Below are positions 1-12,639 of a DNA stretch of 64,000 nucleotides, piece by piece. Made by a program: the position numbers and the translations under genes. Source of the stretch: Octopus sinensis (taxonomy: Eukaryota). Positions within the stretch are counted from its first letter, which is position 1; every line of letters starts with the position of its first letter. The stretch is from assembly GCF_006345805.1 (NCBI RefSeq), contig NC_042997.1:125054001-125118000 (forward strand), given 5' to 3'. The notes below the pieces were generated by a model. It worked only from the letters and a program-made list of their open reading frames with translations, searched no databases and was not told where the DNA came from.

Positions 1-59
1 AGGAGGGCAAGTTAGTTATTTATATGATTATACTGTTACCAATGACGAACCAGATAAAT

Positions 60-420
60 GGAACTTCAAATAAATGATAGTAATCTCGAAAGAGCCAGTT
101 GCAGATATACGTGACCTGAGAATTTCGGTGATGAGTTATAGGTCTGTGTGGTGTGGAATTGTGGCATAGGGCATCGAACAAATATTACCGCAAGGGATCG
201 TGTAGCTTGCAGCTTTTTCCCTTATGTACCATAGAGCACAGATTTGGCATTTAGTGTTGTATATGGTATTTGGGGTCGATGGGACAAATATTACAACAGG
301 AACAGAATCAGAGAAAAGAACCAATTGGGTATATGGGGCATTAAATGGACTGTATACCAGGTTGTAGCTGCGTCTGAAGGATAAAAAAAAATGTGTGCTC
401 ATGAAATATGGGAAGTAGCA
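60..420 (+). mobile_element. Highly decayed CR1/Jockey-like LINE fragment (post-RT region)
   Basis: Broken translations INDSNLEK / VADIRDLRISV and EKRTNWVYGALNGLYTRL resemble the CR1-type motifs 'L..V...DLGV' and 'RATK.I.GL..L.Y.ERL'; many stops and frameshifts. Confidence 0.4.
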
Positions 421-540
421 GATTCGAATAGAAGAGTGGGAAGTCAGATTGGCTTAAGTGACAGATGTCAGATTGGGAAATAGAAGGTAAAGTAGAACTT
501 CGGGCTTGATATCTCATTAAACTCTCGAGTTCGAAATGCA

Positions 541-1050
541 CAGCCTTCCACCCTTATGAGTCCCTTTCCAACATTTGCTCTCTTCATGTATAGGCGATCA
601 GTCTCTGTACATGGATGATGGGCTCCATGCATTGTTAGGAGCTTTCTTTACTTCCTGTCCATCTCCTTTAGCCCCGTCTCTGTCCACTTCAGGATTCCAG
701 CGCCATAGCGAACTACGGCGACTGCGCACAAATTTAATGACGAAATTATGTTTCTGGCATTCAGCTTTCGAGCCAGTATTTTTCTTCACTCACCGCTGGT
801 GCTCTCTTTTTGTCTTTTCCTTCATATCGTGGTGTTTGATTCTGCCTCAAGTATTCCCAGGTATTTATTGCTGGATTGAGATTGCATTGCCTACATCATT
901 TCACCTCTTGCCAATCATATGCCTTCTGTCCTGGCAAGCTTTCCTCGTCTCATTACCATCGTAGCACATTTTGAAAGTCCAAACTCCGTTTTAATACCAT
1001 TGAAGGAAATCAGCAAAAACTGGATTAGGCTGTCCAGTTCCGACTCAGTT
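541..1050 (-). mobile_element. Decayed R4/Dong-clade LINE fragment (RT thumb region)
   Basis: Frameshifted translation gives FGLSKCATMVMRRGKL, NKYLGILEAE, and KILARKLNARNII..AVVRYGAGILKWTETELKEMDRK..TMHGAHHP..DRLY, collinear with the intact Dong ORF at 3214-4710. Confidence 0.8.
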
Positions 1051-1099
1051 TTTGTATAAATATTATTTTAATTATATGAAAACTCACAGCTTATTTTGC

Positions 1100-2760
1100 T
1101 GGGTATGATGGAAAGTGTCAGTTGTCCACAGCCAGTAGACTGCGAAGAATTTTTGCAGTTCCAAGTAATGCTGATTTTTATAGGTGTTCTCCCTTTACAT
1201 TTATACCAATCTTTATCAGCCATGCTGGTAGTTCAGTGCTGATACTTCCAAGTGCACCAGTTACTATTGTTATCACGTCTACTCTCTTCATTGACCACAA
1301 CCTTCGGATTTCCCACTTTAGATCGTCGTACTTGTTTACTTTTCTTCTTTCACATTGATCCTCTGTCCCCGGGGCATGCTATGTCGATAATCACTCACCA
1401 CAACAATGTCCGGTTTACCAAGTTTGGCCAGGTGATCGCACTGTATCATTACATCCCACAGGATTTTGGAATTCTCATTTCCGGTGACTCCTTCTGGCGT
1501 TTGTTCATACCATGCCTTTGCTCTTTGTATGCCATGATTTCCACAGAGCTCCCAATGGATCGTTCTTACCACATTGTCATGGCGTTTTTGATATACCACC
1601 TTAGGCTGTTTTCCTTTGCTTCGATACTGTCCTGGCAACTTATCTAACTTCTCCTACCCTTTCTTCTAGACAAATACAGACTATCGGTATCACTCCTAGG
1701 GTCGAATGCTCCGCATACTGTCAACATTTTCCTGGTCTTATCCATTTTCTTCGTTTCTTTCTTTTTCCATTTTATAATTCCCGTTCCATAACGAAGTGAT
1801 GCTATTGACCACGTGTTAACTGCTTGGATTTTATTCCATCCAGTCAATTTTGAGCACAGCACCAACCTCAGTCTTCGGAAATACTCCATACTCAGTTGGT
1901 CCTTCACTACGTTTTCCATTATCTCGTTGCACACAAGTACATCAAGCTATTTGTATTCTTCCGTTTCAATTTGCTTAATCAAGTCTCTTTTCGGTAATTT
2001 TATCCCTGTTTGGGACTGCACCATGCCTCTTTTTGGGTTCAAATTCCATTCTAATATCAATACTTAAAAAGTGGTCCATGTTCACCAAGGAACTCACTTG
2101 TGTCTCATCTTTGCCATACAGTTTCAAACCCTCCATGAAGAAGAGGTGGTTGATTGTTTGGGATGTTTCTTTTAGTTGGTACCCAAGGTTCATTTTCCTG
2201 AGTACCAAGGTCAGAGTAGCATGCAGAGAGCAAAGAGGAGTGGAGCTAGGCTGTTATCCTGCAAAATCCCTCTTCTGATATCCAGATTGCCCAAGCTTTT
2301 CCCGTAAGATGTCAGTTCAGTTATCCCTCCCACATACTTTCCTTCAGAAAGCACGTTACATACCTCGCAATTCCAAACAGATCTAAGCATTCAATGATCC
2401 AGGAATGTGGAATCATGTTATAAGCTTTGCAATAATAGTCAATCCAGGCCATTCCCAGATTTGTTCTCCTTCGTTTACAATCTTACGTTATCATTTTGTC
2501 TGTCAATAGTTGATCTTTGGTACTTCTGCATCTTCTTCTACAGCCTTTGTGTTCCGGCGAAAATATATCGTTCTCATCAAGAAATTTATACACTCCTTCT
2601 GCAATTCCTCCTAACAGTAACTTCCACATTAGCGGGAAGTAGAATATTGGACTGTAATTGTCAGCAACATTTCCCTTTCATGCGTCCTCCAGGCACAACG
2701 CCATTCGTCTTTTTTCAACTAGACCGGGATTTCATCTTCTCCATTGAACAATGCATTAAC
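1100..2760 (-). mobile_element. Decayed, internally deleted R4/Dong LINE, family 2 (RT to REL endonuclease), 5'-truncated at a (TAA)n tract
   Basis: ORFs 1975-2208 (KLYGKDETQVSSLV), 1644-1934 (EYFRRLRLVL..AVNTWSIASLRYG) and 1336-1638 (KRHDNVVRTIHWELC..KILWDVMIQCD..KPDIV); same family as 53538-55029. Confidence 0.85.
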
Positions 2761-2761
2761 T

Positions 2762-2810
2762 GTTATTAGTATTATTGTTATTATTACTATTATTATTATT
2801 ATTATTATTA

Positions 2811-2844
<34 letters not shown>

Positions 2845-2851
2845 CATTATT
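2762..2851. repeat. (TAT)n microsatellite; tail/target of the Dong copy
   Basis: Direct reading of the sequence. Confidence 0.95.
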
Positions 2852-5107
2852 CAGTAGTTTTATTTTTATAGCGTACTTTCACTTCACTACCGAGCGCAGC
2901 TCTGTGTGCGTTGGGTATGTGCTGTGATTTGTTGTGATGCTCTGATGGTTATTGTATGGAAAGTGTTCTGCGTAGGATGTGTGCAGTGCCTAGTAGTGCA
3001 ATTTTCTGTATGTTATATGTGTTTGTAAGTCCTGGTGTTTTTGTTATGTATTTGTCTGAATATTTTTTTATCATGCCTAATGCACCTACTATGATAGGAA
3101 TTGTTTCTGTTTTCAGATTCCACATTCTAGTTACCTCTATTTCCAGGTCTTTGTATTTTGAGAGTTTCTCCATTTCTTTTAGAGACACGTTGTCATCAGC
3201 CGGTATTGATACATCAATTAGAAAGCATTTTTTCTTCATGGTCTCTGACAACTATATCTGGTCTGTTGGCCTTAATTTCTCTATCTGTGTGTATCGGCAT
3301 ATCCCAGAGTATGGTTGCTTTCTCGTTTTCTGTGACCTTTTCTGGTGTGTGCCTATACCATCTTTTTTCTGTTGTTATTCCATAATGTTGGCATAGCTTC
3401 CAATATATGTACGTTCCAACTCTGTCATGTCTGTGAATATATTCCTTCTTAGCCAGGACTGGGCAGCTAGAGATAATATGATTTATTGTTTCTTGTCCAT
3501 CTCCACATATTCTGCAGTTACTTGTAATATTTCTTTTCATTACATGTTTTTGGTAATTTCTGGTGGGGAGGCTTTGGTCTTGTGCTGGAATTAAAAATCC
3601 CTCTGTTTCTGCTTTGAGTCCTGAGCTTCTCAACCATTGCTGGGATTTTTCTTTGTCTATTTCTTTTGCGTTTAGTTTAGTCCAGTATTTACCATGAAGG
3701 GGCTTTTCTTGCCATCGTTTTATCATGGTTCTTTGCTGTTCTATTTTTAGTTTGGATTTCATTTGTTTTATAGCTTTTGTTGTTTCTCCATCTTCTTCTT
3801 CTTCTTCATGTTTATTAGGTGGTATGATTTCTTGTTTGTATTTGTCAGCTTCCTTAAATACTGAGAACAGTTTTTTGTTTTGCTCGTGTTTTGCCGCTAT
3901 TTCTATCAGTTTTCCTTCCTTCTGAAGTAGATATTTTTGAAGTCCTATGGTGGTTATTTTATAGTAGTTTTCCAGCTGTATAAGGCCTCTACCACCTTCT
4001 ATACGTTGTATATATAGTCTTTCTATGTCAGATTTTGGGTGATGCATCCTAGATCCTGTCATTATTTTTATTGTTTTCCTATCTATTTTGGTCAGTTCAT
4101 TTCGTGTCCAGTTAAGGATATTGTAGCTGTAACTTATAACTGGGACAGCTAAAGTGTTGATACCTATTATCTTGTTTTTAGCATTGAGCACAGTGTTTAG
4201 TATTGATCTAACTCGTCTATAATATTCTTTTTTTACTTTCTCTTTCATTTGTGTGTTTTGTGTCTTATCTAGTTCATGGATTCCTAAGTATTTGTAAGTT
4301 TGGCTTTGGTCTAATTCTTTTATTTCATTGGTTTTATCTAGTGTGATGTTGTTACTCTTAACTAGTTTTCCTCTTTTCATGGTGACTTTGGTGCATTTTT
4401 CTAATCCAAATTTCATATCTATTTCTTTGGTAAATCCATGAACTGTCTTTAATAGTGTTTCCAGCTGTTTGTCATTTGCAGCGTATAGTTTTAGGTCATC
4501 CATATATAAAAGGTGGCTGATCGTTTTGCCGTAACATTTATATCCGCATCCAGTTCTATTTAGCATATCAGATAGAGGTGACAGTGCCAAACAGAAAAGG
4601 AGTGGAGAGAGCGTGTCTCCCTGGAATATTCCTCTTCTAATGGGGATGTCTTTGGTTTTCATGAGTCCCTCTTTTGTTTGGAGGTGTAGGACTGTTTGCC
4701 ATTTATTCATAGAGTGCTCTATGAATGTTATAATTGTTGGTGCTACTTTGTTAATGGCTAGTGTTTCGAGGATCCATGTGTGGGGGATGCTATCAAACGC
4801 CTTTTTGTAGTCAATCTAGGCCATACTGAGGCCTTTCTTCTTTCTGTGGCTGTCTTCAGTTATGGCTTTATTAATCATTAGTTGATCTTTACAGCCATAT
4901 GAGCCTTTGCGGCATCCTTTCTGCTCTTCTGGGAACAGTTTGTTTTCGTCCAGGTGCTTGTTCAGTCTTTGTGATATCACTGCAGTAAATGCCTTGAACA
5001 TAGTAGCGAGGCAGGTTATTGGTCTGTAGTTTTCTGGTTTTTCTGTTTCATTTGATTTGGGAATTAAGATGGTTTTCCCCTTCGTGAGCCATTCAGGCAT
5101 TGTCTCT
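2852..5107 (-). mobile_element. Young 5'-truncated R4/Dong LINE, family 1 (RT, CCHC knuckle, PD-(D/E)xK endonuclease)
   Basis: ORF 3214-4710 has RGIFQGDTLSPLLF, HLLYMDDLKLY, CRICGDGQETINHIISSC and RPDIVV; 4816-5100 has ENYRPITCL; 2949-3251 has FLIDVSIP..KLSKYKDL. One stop near 4816, one frameshift near 3230, and a short 3' UTR ending in (AAT)n. Confidence 0.95.
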
Positions 5108-5131
5108 AATATTATTATTATTATTATTATT

Positions 5132-5598
5132 CAGTAGTTTTATTTTTATAGCGTGCTTTCACTTCACTACCGAGCGCAGCTCTGTGTGCCTTGGGTATGT
5201 GCTGTGATTTGTTGTGATGCTCTGATGGTTATTATATGGAAAGTGTTCTGCGTAGGATGTGTACAGTGCCTAGTAGTGCAATTTTCTGTATGTTATATGT
5301 GTTTGTAAGTCCTGGTGTTTTTGTTATGTATTGTCTGAATATTTTTTTATCATGCCTAATGCACCTACTATGATAGGAATTGTTTCTGTTTTCAGGTTCC
5401 ACATTCTAGTTACCTCTATTTCCAGGTCTTTGTATTTTGAGAGTTTCTCCATTTCTTTTAGAGATACGTTGTCATCTGCCGGTATTGATACATCAATTAG
5501 AAAGCATTTTTTTCTTCATGATCTCTGACAACTATATCTGGTCTGTTGGCCTTAATTTCTCTATCTGTGTGTATCGGCATATCTCAGAGTATGGTTGC

Positions 5599-5600
<2 letters not shown>
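5132..5600 (-). mobile_element. 3'-terminal ~470-bp fragment of Dong family 1
   Basis: Near-identical to 2852-3320; bounded on both sides by (TAT)n. Confidence 0.95.
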
Positions 5601-5677
<77 letters not shown>

Positions 5678-5730
5678 CACTGTTATTATTATCACTGTTA
5701 TTATTATTACTATTATTATCATCATCATAA

Positions 5731-5948
5731 GTCGGTGAGCTAGCAGAATCGTTAGCACGCCGGACAGTATGCTTAGCGGTATTTCGCCCGTTGTTACATT
5801 CAGAGTTTAAATTCCGCCGATATCGACTTTACCCTTCATCCTTTCGGGGTCGATGAATTAAGTACCAGTTAAACAGTGGGGTTGATATGATCGAGTAGTC
5901 TCCTCTCCATAAATCTCATACCTTGTGCCTATAGTAGAAAGGATTATT
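5731..5948 (+). mobile_element. tRNA-derived SINE, type M (core gtcgactttgcctttcatcctttcggggtcga, Meta-domain-like)
   Basis: tRNA-like head (gagctagcagaatcgttagc..gagtttaaattcc) and central core shared with >10 copies in the window; (ATT)n tail. Confidence 0.85.
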
Positions 5949-5958
5949 GTCATTATTA

Positions 5959-6098
<140 letters not shown>

Positions 6099-6604
6099 GC
6101 GTGAGAGAGCAGTGCATGCCATCAAAGTGACACTGGGGTAAAATATACGAAGCCCAATATACCCATCATGACTACCTGTCTGATAAAGTACACTAGGCAC
6201 TTGCATCACAACAATATGTGCGCATCATGGTGATCTCATATCAATATAAACAGCGCATGACCTTGCAGGTGGGACCCAGTTAGATTTTTTTCTGGTGGAG
6301 TAACTCATCCCGCTCAAAAGGTCTCCGAATAAGGGTTATTTCAGGATGTTGAACGAAACTCCCATGTTTGCTGAGGTGAATTATTCAAGCCCCAGTACTT
6401 CTGCTTGTGATCAGAAATGCACATATCATCAGCCACTAAGGGACATGCTCAACTGTTTAAGGTCAAACAACTGACAAGCAAATCTGTGGTATTGAGCAGA
6501 ATATTTGCTGTAGCCCATCTTTTATACCAAGACTAAACAATGTACATTGATAACACTTCCGGTCAGTTAAGATCAGAAGCCACGAGAGCCACTGCCTGGT
6601 ACTG

Positions 6605-6605
<1 letters not shown>
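6099..6605. mobile_element. ~510-bp non-coding interspersed repeat flanked on both sides by (TAT)n
   Basis: Highly similar second copy at 55052-55606; no meaningful ORF. Confidence 0.85.
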
Positions 6606-6655
<50 letters not shown>

Positions 6656-6974
6656 TATTATTATTATTATTATTATTATTATCTTTTGTTCTTCTTCTTT
6701 CAAATTTGCTTCCATTTCTTGCCAAGTGTCTTCCCGACTCCTAGGGCAAAGAAACTCATAGTATACATTGGTAGGCCATTAAACTAAACTCACTAGCTCG
6801 TTCATTTTTTTTAAAGTTAAATTAAAATACATGGGTAGTAATAGTTCTCACATCGACAATGCTCTTCTCTATACGTGTGATGTACCAGTTAAAACAATCT
6901 TCTTCTTCTTCTTCTTATTATTATTATTATTATTATCATCATCATCATCCTCATCATCATCATCATCAGCATCA

Positions 6975-7320
6975 TCATCATCTTCAACATGTTATGAGTT
7001 CAGTTCCCGTTTTCATCCTTCTAAGGTCATTAAACAAGTACCAGTCAAGTACAGAGGTCGGTCGAAATGACTTGTCCCTCCCCTCAAAAATTTGATGTCT
7101 ACTGTGCCAGACGTTGAAAACTTTATTATCAGTATTGTCAAGGCGGAGTGTTGGCAGAATCTCTAGGACGCCAGGGAAAATGCCTAGCGGCATTTCGTCC
7201 CTCCTTAGGTTCTGAGTTTCTAATTGCGCGTACGTTGATTTTTGCCTTCCATCTTTTGTGCTTCGATAAAATAAGAACCAGTCAAGCACTGACTCGATGT
7301 CATCGACGAAACCCATCTTC
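6975..7320 (+). mobile_element. Two decayed tandem type-M SINE copies
   Basis: Core ttttcatccttctaaggtc..aagtaccagt, followed by a new head aaggcggagtgttggcagaat. Confidence 0.65.
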
Positions 7321-7358
7321 CTGAAATTTCTAGCCTTTACACTTATTTTTAATTTTTT

Positions 7359-7758
7359 TACTTGTTTCAATCATATGACTATGGCCATGCTGGAGCACCA
7401 CCTTTAGTCGAGCAAATCGATCCCAGGACTTATTCTTTGTAAGCCTAATACTTATTCTATCGGCCTATTTTGCCGAACCGCTAAGTTACGGGGACGTAAA
7501 CACAGCAGCATCAGTTGTCAAGCGGTGTTGGGGGGACAAACACAGGCACAAATATATACACATACTTACATATATATATACACACACACACAGACATATA
7601 CGACGGGCTTCTTTCAGTTTCCGTCTACCAAATCCACTCACAAGGCTTTGGTTGGCCCGAGGCTATAGTAGAAGACACTTGACCAAGGTGCTCCGCAGTG
7701 TGACTGAACCCGAAACCATGTCGTTGGTAAGCAAACTACTTACCACACAGCCACTCCT
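7359..7758 (-). mobile_element. tRNA-derived SINE, type C (CORE-like ccttgggcaagtgtcttct segment, internal (TA/CA)n, long 3' part)
   Basis: Reverse complement matches the plus-strand copies at 15156 and 41347. Confidence 0.9.
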
Positions 7759-8628
7759 AACAATTATTATTTTGTTGATTTTGTTGTTATATGACTGTTA
7801 TCCAGTTAAGACTTTTATCTGTATATATTCACATGATTTACCGTTTTTGATATTCTTCTTCATAATTGCATTACTGTATTAATATCAACACATAAATATT
7901 TGTCTGTCTTTTTTGTTCGTTAGCTTATATATTTACACGTACGTCAACAAATAGTGACATTCAATGTTATCTCCACTTCATTGTACCTTTGTAATGTTCT
8001 GTTTGATTTCCTAACTACATACAACTCTTGTCATAATGTCTCAGCTGTCATATTCTTACTGACGACGAATCACACTTGCCGTGTATAATCTGAATACATA
8101 GATTTTATAATATATAAATATATAAATCGGGAAATGACTTGGTAAGAGTTGAAATAAAAATATGCTAGAAAGAGTAACCAGTTACCCTACGAATCACAAG
8201 CTGCTACGTTACTATAGAGAGGGCACGATACATAATATAGTCGCTGATTCACAAAGTGATGGCATATGCACAAGATTAAAAACAAAAACAAAATTTATCA
8301 TTAGAAGTAGAATTATAATACATATTATTAAATGATGTTCCTTCAAAAGGTCTTTTTATTATTATTACGCTATTTCAATGGCATATTAGAATGAAGCACG
8401 TTTTAAAGTTCCAGCTTCCTATATCAGAGCGAGCAGCATGGCAATAAAGATAAAATATTCTAATAATATCCGGTTTAAATCACCCGTTAGCGAAAGCGTA
8501 TAATCGCGGATGTGGCTGCGCGGTTAAGAAGCTCCCCTTGCAAGAACGGGATTTGCAAGAACAGGTTTATGCAAGAACAGATTTATGTAATTATGTATGT
8601 ATGTATGTATGTATGTATGTATGTATAT

Positions 8629-8710
<82 letters not shown>

Positions 8711-9905
8711 ATTATATAAATATATATGTATGTATATATATATATATGTTAAAATTATAAATTAGGGTATAACCTTTGAAGGTTATAATTTTAATAATTA
8801 TTACCTTTGAAGATTATTTTTTTCCATGCTGGCCATTTCATAAGTTCGTTATTTTATTTTAAATTAACGATCTTATCCTTATTTATATAAATTTATATAT
8901 ATATATATATATGGATCTAGTTAAATTGATTCACAAAATATGCAATTTTTCAAAGGAAGTTAAAAGTCTGAAAATCGGTTATAATAATGTAGTTTTCCAG
9001 TTTTATTTCTATGAAGGTATGATGTTGTGGAGAAACAAAAACGAAGGAAAAAGTTACAGAGGTTTAATAATCGAAAAACTGTGTTTTTAGCCAATAGCGA
9101 CACTAATTTTTGGGGGGCTTATTTGAGCGGTGTCAGCTTTAAGGTTGTACTCTGAGAGACTTATAGTTTAGCGTCTGTGAAATGACCCGTTCATTGTAGG
9201 TTTCTAAAGAAACGGACACACCTAATTTTATTGTAGGTTTCTAAATAAACAGAAATATCTGATAAAATCAACATGTACCATTGTACTGTTTCTTTTGTCT
9301 CTTCATTGATTGTATGTTTTTATTATTTTTTAAATTTGTTATATGAATATATTTGTCTACATGTGTTTACTTTATGTGTATCACAATATTATGTATACCT
9401 GTCATGTATTTGTGTACATCTTTAATATATAAGTGCATGCGTGCGTGCGTGTGTGTGTATGTGTGCATGTGTGTGAAAAGGGGGCATCTGTCTCCAAAAG
9501 TCCAAAGTTGAGTAACGTTTTCATGCTTGGATTGGTAAACTACGATAAGAATAACACTGGTCAACAAAGAATTTTGTCCCCAAAATATATGAAATGAAAA
9601 ATATGTAAAAATACTAACAAACAGAAAATATGCAGTATACTAAGACAGAAAAATTAAAACAAAACACGCGAGTGAAAAGAATTTGGTGGTGTGAAGAATC
9701 AACATAGAACAACGTGCGGCACAGATACAGTTGAAATGAAACAAAACACAGCATGCGGTTATCATGGTAACAATCTGATAATGCATCACTGATTGGATAA
9801 AATTACCCAAATTTCCCAACTTTAATTCCAAATAACATCAGATTCTTTAAGTTATGAGATAAAGTAATTGGTTAATATAGTTCTATATTTAAGAGATGAG
9901 GAATT

Positions 9906-10064
9906 ATGTACATTATTTACATTTGACGGATATTCGTCCTCATCTTTCTTGTTACCCAGGGGCATATGATGTAGTGGTTAAGAGCGCGAGCTACTGACCC
10001 TAAGATTCCGAGTCCGATTCCAGGCAGTGACCTGAATAACAACAACAACAACAACAACAACAAC

Positions 10065-10126
<62 letters not shown>

Positions 10127-10266
10127 TAATAATAATAATAACATCGAAAAATACCTTAGGAATGAGAACCCAAGACACATGATGAAGGCTGGAGGGTATA
10201 TCAGCCGAAACGTTGTGTTAACAACAAGATGTGGACAATTATCCGTCAAATGTAAATAATGTACAT
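9906..10266 (+). mobile_element. tRNA-headed SINE-like element with (AAC/AAT)n linker, hammerhead-like 3' region and an inverted copy of its tail at the 5' side
   Basis: A-box-like TGATGTAGTGG at 9967-9977 and B-box-like GAGTCCGATTCC at 10010-10021; 9906-9954 is the reverse complement of 10219-10266 with a few mismatches; no TTTT inside the element. Confidence 0.8.
10174..10219 (+). ncRNA. Type I minimal hammerhead ribozyme motif (C3 mutated in this copy)
   Basis: GACAC-aTGATGA-A-GGCTG[GAGGGTATAT]CAGCC-GAAAC-GTT-GTGTT: stem I GACAC/GTGTT, 5-bp stem II, palindromic AACGTT stem III. Confidence 0.7.
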
Positions 10267-10807
10267 ACATACATACTACATACATACATACATACATACA
10301 TACATACATACATACATACATACATACATAGACTGCGCTTTGAAGAATTTTATGCGTGTGTGTCATTGTTTTTTGTTTGTTCTCCGCTACCATTTGACAG
10401 GTGTAGTTTCTTTCATGTTCTCATAAATTAGCGGTTCGGCAAAGTATCAGATTTAACTAAAATAGACGGTAGTCTTTTTGTGCGATTAAACCTTTCTAGA
10501 TTTATCCCCAGCCTCACTGCTGTTCAATGAACGAAACACGTAAAGATAAAAGGTTGAACAAAATGTTAAAAACTGCATCCAGGAACGACACCGTTCAAAG
10601 TGGGTAGCATTTCGTAGCCAGCTACATGTTTGGTAAGTTTATAATATAAAGTATGTGTAAACACTAATTTACTGTTCTTGGTGTGAAATAAAAGGGGCTA
10701 TACAGACGTAACAGTTATTTACACTATACTTGAAGGAACAAGTACGCCGTTTTTAGTAGTGAAAATGATAAGAATTATAGTAATTATAGTAAGATAAATA
10801 TTGTATA

Positions 10808-11187
10808 CTAGCAGTATCGCCCGGCGTTGCTCGGGTTTGTAAGGGAAATAACTATAAAGCATTTGTAGAGAGTTATAGCCAAAAAATAGCAAAAAAAAAT
10901 GGGAAAAAAAATGATGGTAAATTTTTTTTTTGATAGTTAAAAAGGTCGAGTTGCGTCCCCTGTGATTTGTGTTTCTAATTGTCGACCCCATGTCGAATTT
11001 ACCGATCTTTTTCAGAACTGGGGGAACTTTTCAAAATTTTCTTTGCGTTAGTTTTGAATTATGACATTGGGCTATGTGTGTGTCAAGTTTCATCAGAATC
11101 AGTTGAAAGCCGTGGTCAGGGTGAGGGTACGAGAAAACAGACACACAGAAACACGCACAGACAAACTGCCGTTTATATATAGAGAGA
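10808..11187 (-). mobile_element. Non-autonomous Helitron
   Basis: Minus strand starts A|TC (tctctctatatataaac) and ends in hairpin cccgagcaacgccggg plus CTAG|T; second copy at 33446-33830. Confidence 0.85.
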
Positions 11188-11530
11188 TACGTATGTGTGT
11201 GATTGTGTGTATGTATGTGTGTATGTGAGTGTATATATATATATGATATGTACACACACGCACTCATATATATATGTGTGTGTTTGTATGTGTGCGCGTG
11301 TGTGTGTGTGTATACATATCATATATATGTGCACACACATATCCCTTTCTTGTAAAACAACTCATGTCATATCTCCTGAAGAAAAGAATCGATGATGACG
11401 ATCAACTCGATACCCACAGCTACTACGAATTATGCTGTAATCATCTCAGGAATATGGTCTGTTATCCTAAGGGATATGTAATTTGTGGAAACATGCATTG
11501 CAATGCATTAAATGTTTATAAATTCCATCC

Positions 11531-11568
<38 letters not shown>

Positions 11569-12639
11569 TATTATATTATTATTATTATTATTATTATTAT
11601 ATTATTATTATTATTATTATTATCATCATCATGTATATAATATATACAGATACACACACACATATGTAGGTAGGTAGGATGTTTGTGCTGAAGAAACCAA
11701 ATTTTTTCTATTCGCCATCATCTTCTGCAATTGCGTTTCTTGTTCACACGATTCCTCTGCTTTTACTGATCCGGCATATAAACACTTGTTCAGTGTCTCT
11801 CCACCACTGACTGATCCATTGTCACCAGCTTTTTCTAAGAGATTAGTTAATATCTTCTTATATATTTTTATCTATGGGGGCTGACATTAAAAACTGGGCG
11901 CGAAGAAAAATGAATTCGACCAAGACCAGGAAGATTATTTTTAAGCCTACGTGCCGTTTCACAGTAGAGGTTTATCGAAAATTCTCAGGGAAATAGTTCA
12001 ATCTAAAAGTTCAGCTCAACAATATTTGAACAAAACAATCATGGACGTCAATACAGAGAAGCAATTTGTAGGCAAATGATTAGTACCTTGGATTTCTAGG
12101 AGGTGTTATAGGATAAACAGTTGCTGAGTCTTTTCCCTCCGTTTCAGCCTATTTTTGCTTTAATTCGATTATAAATTATCTCCCACATCATAGACGTTGG
12201 ATGCTATCATTGAAGGGCTGACCCTGAGTTCAACTACGGCTTGTTTACAGATAATCAGAAATTTGCTAAAGCTGAAAACTCTATAAAATCGCTCTTCATT
12301 ATAGGGCTGGAGATGTTAGTAAGGAATTTAAAGACATGTGATAAGTTATTATAGATTAGATAAAAGATGAAGAAACTATTTAAGATGAATCTTTACCAAC
12401 GCTCTTTTATAGGAATATTATGGCAAATTATGTAACTTTCATCTATACAGCAATATATAATCTTATGTGTGTGAAATCGTGGAACATTAAGCGTTGAGCA
12501 ATCAGTCGAGAATTGAATAAGAAACCAGGGTTCATATAGTATACAGACTACACATTCCGCTTTTTCTGTAGAATTTATAACTAATATAGAAAGGAATAAA
12601 TAATAAACGTAGAATTTACACACAAATTAGAAACACTAC

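Noticed and set aside
6400-6460. CTGA(T/C)GA on the minus strand of the non-coding repeat as a hammerhead core
   Set aside because: No GAAA after a stem II and no stem I/III partners.
6540-6605. Faint resemblance of the repeat end to 5S rRNA or U2 snRNA
   Set aside because: Only short scattered matches; not distinguishable from chance.
8510-8590. SINE head followed by three tgcaagaac units
   Set aside because: Trivial local slippage in a truncated SINE.
9959-10032. tRNA gene (likewise the heads at 25697 and 57811)
   Set aside because: The cloverleaf is incomplete and the sequence continues into a SINE body; these are tRNA-derived heads.
11375-11505. CTGAAGA ... GAAACATGC as another hammerhead
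   Set aside because: Stems cannot be formed adjacent to the core; at best a heavily decayed relic.
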